The notes beneath the pieces were generated by a model. That model worked only from the letters and a program-made list of their open reading frames with translations, was not told where the DNA came from and ran no database searches. Positions 60,890 to 64,000 of a stretch of DNA of 64,000 nt are shown here, piece by piece (the first letter of the stretch is position 1; the number at the start of each line of letters is the position of its first letter). Both the position numbers and the translations under genes were made by a program. The DNA is from Macrostomum lignano (Eukaryota). The stretch lies in NCBI GenBank assembly GCA_002269645.1, contig NIVC01003033.1, positions 59,773 through 123,772 on the forward strand. The letters run 5' to 3'.

Positions 60890-63484
60890 ATGGCGAAGGA
60901 AAATGACACCTCAAAGACCACTTTGGAGTATTGAGACTATTGTGTAAGGTTCACAAAACGTGGTTTAAAATGTTTCAGTGCTTGTTGAGAATAGTTATCT
61001 GCCTATCCTCATAGCATAAAGATTATGCCGGCTGACATCCCAGAGGACCTGGGGCATGACGTGCCGCGGGCGCAGACGGGCAAGATGAGCAGGCTCGCAC
61101 GCTGCCAGCGGTTTACCTAGCTGCGCAGAGGACTTGTCTGGGTGGCCTTTCCGCTCGATCCGAGCCATCTTCTAGTCTGAAGCGCTGCCGACCAGACCGT
61201 TTGCCAGACCGTACCATTTTTCTACTATGTACGTCTACCATGTACAGATAACATGCACTGTACATGTACGTACTATTCACTTTCAGTAGAAAAAATCTTC
61301 CTGGAGAATCAAAAGCCTCGAGAATGTTGTTGTGCGGGAATAAAATTATAAAAAAATCACTCATATCAATTTGTGGCACGGAGCTGCTTGAGAGAGCTCA
61401 CGGCTGTGGCAGGCCGCGGTGATCGAAACCGGATCCGGCAGCTGCTGTACATATGTACAACGCTGAGACGCGGACGCGCTGACGGCTACGCTGGAGCAGC
61501 AGTTGGACTCGGCCGCACTTAGGGCTGCTCTGTGCGGCCTTTCGAGCTGACGAGAGCGTCGAGACCGAGGCGCCCCTGTACGATCGGGCCAATTAGCTGC
61601 ATCGCCCGTCCATCATCATCTGGACGGCAGCGAGTTCAATTCTGGCGGCCCAACGTGATCCGGACCGACTGCTATAACTGCCCAAAAGCTGTTCAGGACG
61701 TCCTGCTGCTCAACTTTCAGGGTTCGTGCAGGTGGGGTCAGGCCCGAACCCGTCGATACGTGGACTGCCTGCATGCTACGCTGGGGCGCTCGACACTGCA
61801 GACAACGGGGCGGACTTCGTCCGCTCTCAGGCAGCTCTGCAGCGCGCCATCTGACGCGCCCTGATCTAACTGTATGCGGCGTTGCGTATTTTGTTGTTGC
61901 TGTTGAACACACATGTAATATTACTACGTGCATGTTGATTTATGCTTATATTTTTTGCTATAGTACTTTCATAACAAATATACGAGCTTACAAGCATGAT
62001 TTTTTCCTGCAATATTCTGCATATATATTTTCTAATTCCATGCAGCTGCTAATAGAATATATGCACATGCAGTCCTGCAATACATACAATGCAATTCAAT
62101 AGACTGTACAATACATACACTGCATGTTATAATATGACATAGTTAATAGTGTAATTCTTCGTCCTGTACTGGAAACAAAGCATAAAATGACATGTGGTAA
62201 TTGTTAAAACACAAGTATGCACTTGTATGTAATACATTTATACTTCGTACGTATTTGAATGTAGCTCGTACGTTCCTCGTATGTTCCATGAGGTTGGCTA
62301 GGAAAAGGAATAATTAAAAATCCGATTAATATCTGCTGCACGTACTTTACCGATGGTTCTGTCTATTTTCGTCTACAGGCACTCTGAGGGGGGTAAGTTA
62401 ATTGTACAGTTAAGCAGTAGAGAAATGTACAAGAGGGCAGCTGTGTACACTTTAAGGGATTGTTTGTGCTTGAGAGAATGTAAGGAATGTTCATAAAAAT
62501 GTAGTTGCGAGTACTCTTGCACACACAGTATTCATGCCTGCCCGCAGCCCTCTCCCCCACGTGTGCACTAGCGCCTGCACCGCATATATCACGACAGGAA
62601 AAGAAAGAGCTGTAGTGCGCGTCAAGTTTTTGTTTACCCAAATCGTAAATGCTAGCGAAATACAGCGGCAAATTGTAGTGCATGAGTTTTTACATGCAGT
62701 TCTCTACGCTTTTGTTTTTATCTATCTGACACCCGGACGTTGTTCTCCTTTACTAAAAAATCATTACGCACAGACCTGTCCAGAATTTGAACTTGAAAAA
62801 ACGACCACGCCCAATAGCAAAAACATGCCACGCCCGCACCGTTTCAAAGAGTCGTCATCGGCGCCACAGTCGACGGACTTGCTGGCCTGCGCTTTCCTGT
62901 CCGACAGGCAGCTGGAGGAGCGCATGGTAGAGATGCGACGGTGCATTGTGAACCTGCGCCAGCGCTGGGACTCAGACAGGCAGCAGCAGGCCGAGCTGCT
63001 GCTGCGATGGCTGGAGACCGAGGCAGAGAATCGGCCACAGGCGGAAGCTCCACCGGAGTCCGAATGGCCACTAGTTTTGAATCGGTGGCGCGACATCCTT
63101 GCCGTTGATAGAAACTGGCCGACCTGCGCGACGACAGCGAAGAATTCTTGAAGCAGTTGCGGTTGCTGGCGAATGAGCAGCTTCGGCAGCAGTTCTCTGT
63201 GCTGCGGGAGTACACTGATAATATTACCTATTCGCTTGTGTTTCGCAAGGTGCTGCAGGTAAGTTTCATCCCTACCGAATCAATAGTTCCCAGCCAGTGG
63301 ACAACAAAAATACTCGTACAAGGACGTTGCACTAGAAATCCAGACTATTATTTTAGTCAGTTTTAATAGCTAAATTCACTAGCAAGCTAAAAAGTAGAAG
63401 CCTTTTAGAACTAAAAATGACTATAACCGGTTCAAGAACTTCTTGGAGCGATTATATGCTTTTTGTCGATCTATCGATTCAGAG
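60890..63484 (+). pseudogene. Spliced gene or pseudogene of unknown product with frameshifts and stops
   Basis: GC-rich exon-like blocks ~61012-61212, ~61380-61860 and 62773-63258 (CAG acceptor, GTAAGT donor). The last reads through with one added A: ...LEERMVEMRRCIVNLRQRW...KLADLRDDSEEFLKQLRLLANEQLRQQFSVLREY. Possible further exon 63437-63484. Confidence 0.5.
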
Positions 63485-64000
63485 GTGGATTCGCAAAGAC
63501 AATTTCTTATCTGTAGCGTTTTTGCTGTAGCGGCTTTGTTGTTTTTGGTACTTTTGTTCCTTTGCAAGCCGGCTGTTCATTTTGTCTATGCCCATTCTTT
63601 AGTTGTACTTTCATCCTCTAATTTTAATTTAATTTGTCCATTGTTCAATCCAACGTACAGGCCATCTAAGCTATATTATAAGCCTTAAGTGGTCAATCAC
63701 AAATCTGATATATCAAGGTTTAAGTGGGAAATTGCCGAGATGTCAAAGCTCATGGAAGGCAAATAAAAATCTGGGGATAGCCGAGATGCCAATGGTCAAT
63801 TGGGAGTTGTTGGTAGGCCAAACATCAAAGACAGAGTGAGAGTTAAGCCATGGCGTAAAGGGAGTCTTTGATGTCAAAGTTCAAGGGATGCTGATATCTT
63901 AGACTAGATAGCTCCAACCTCAAATACTGAAGTATGGTATCTCTAATCATCACTCTCTAACCATCAGGCCTTCCGAACAAGGGAAAACTCTGAGGCTGAG

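Overview
Eukaryotic (metazoan) genomic DNA that is very rich in micro- and minisatellites, with GC-rich exons. The style suggests a free-living flatworm such as Macrostomum; this is an inference, not a database result. Two genes are well supported. The first is an intronless Frizzled-4-type receptor (3186-5261, +). The second is a 24-exon PDZ-RGS-like-C1-DH-PH RhoGEF of the RhoGEF2/ARHGEF11/12 family (25550-53190, -, 1792 aa), reconstructed by hand with consistent splice phases and one GC-AG intron. Its DH domain lacks the CR1 catalytic Glu and has a degenerate CR3, so it is a candidate pseudo-GEF. 17 of its 23 introns are inflated by a tandem array, mostly with a unit private to that intron. 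Also present: a frameshifted gene or pseudogene at about 60.9-63.5 kb (+); a tRNA-derived CORE-type SINE with a target-site duplication (TSD); a TA-flanked MITE family; an internally deleted Tc1/IS630 element with ~235-bp IR/DR-type terminal inverted repeats (TIRs) and an empty-site paralogue; and a foldback-like inverted minisatellite pair at 13.4-15.5 kb. No rRNA, intact tRNA or CRISPR array was seen. Repeat boundaries are approximate, and protein comparisons are from remembered family motifs.
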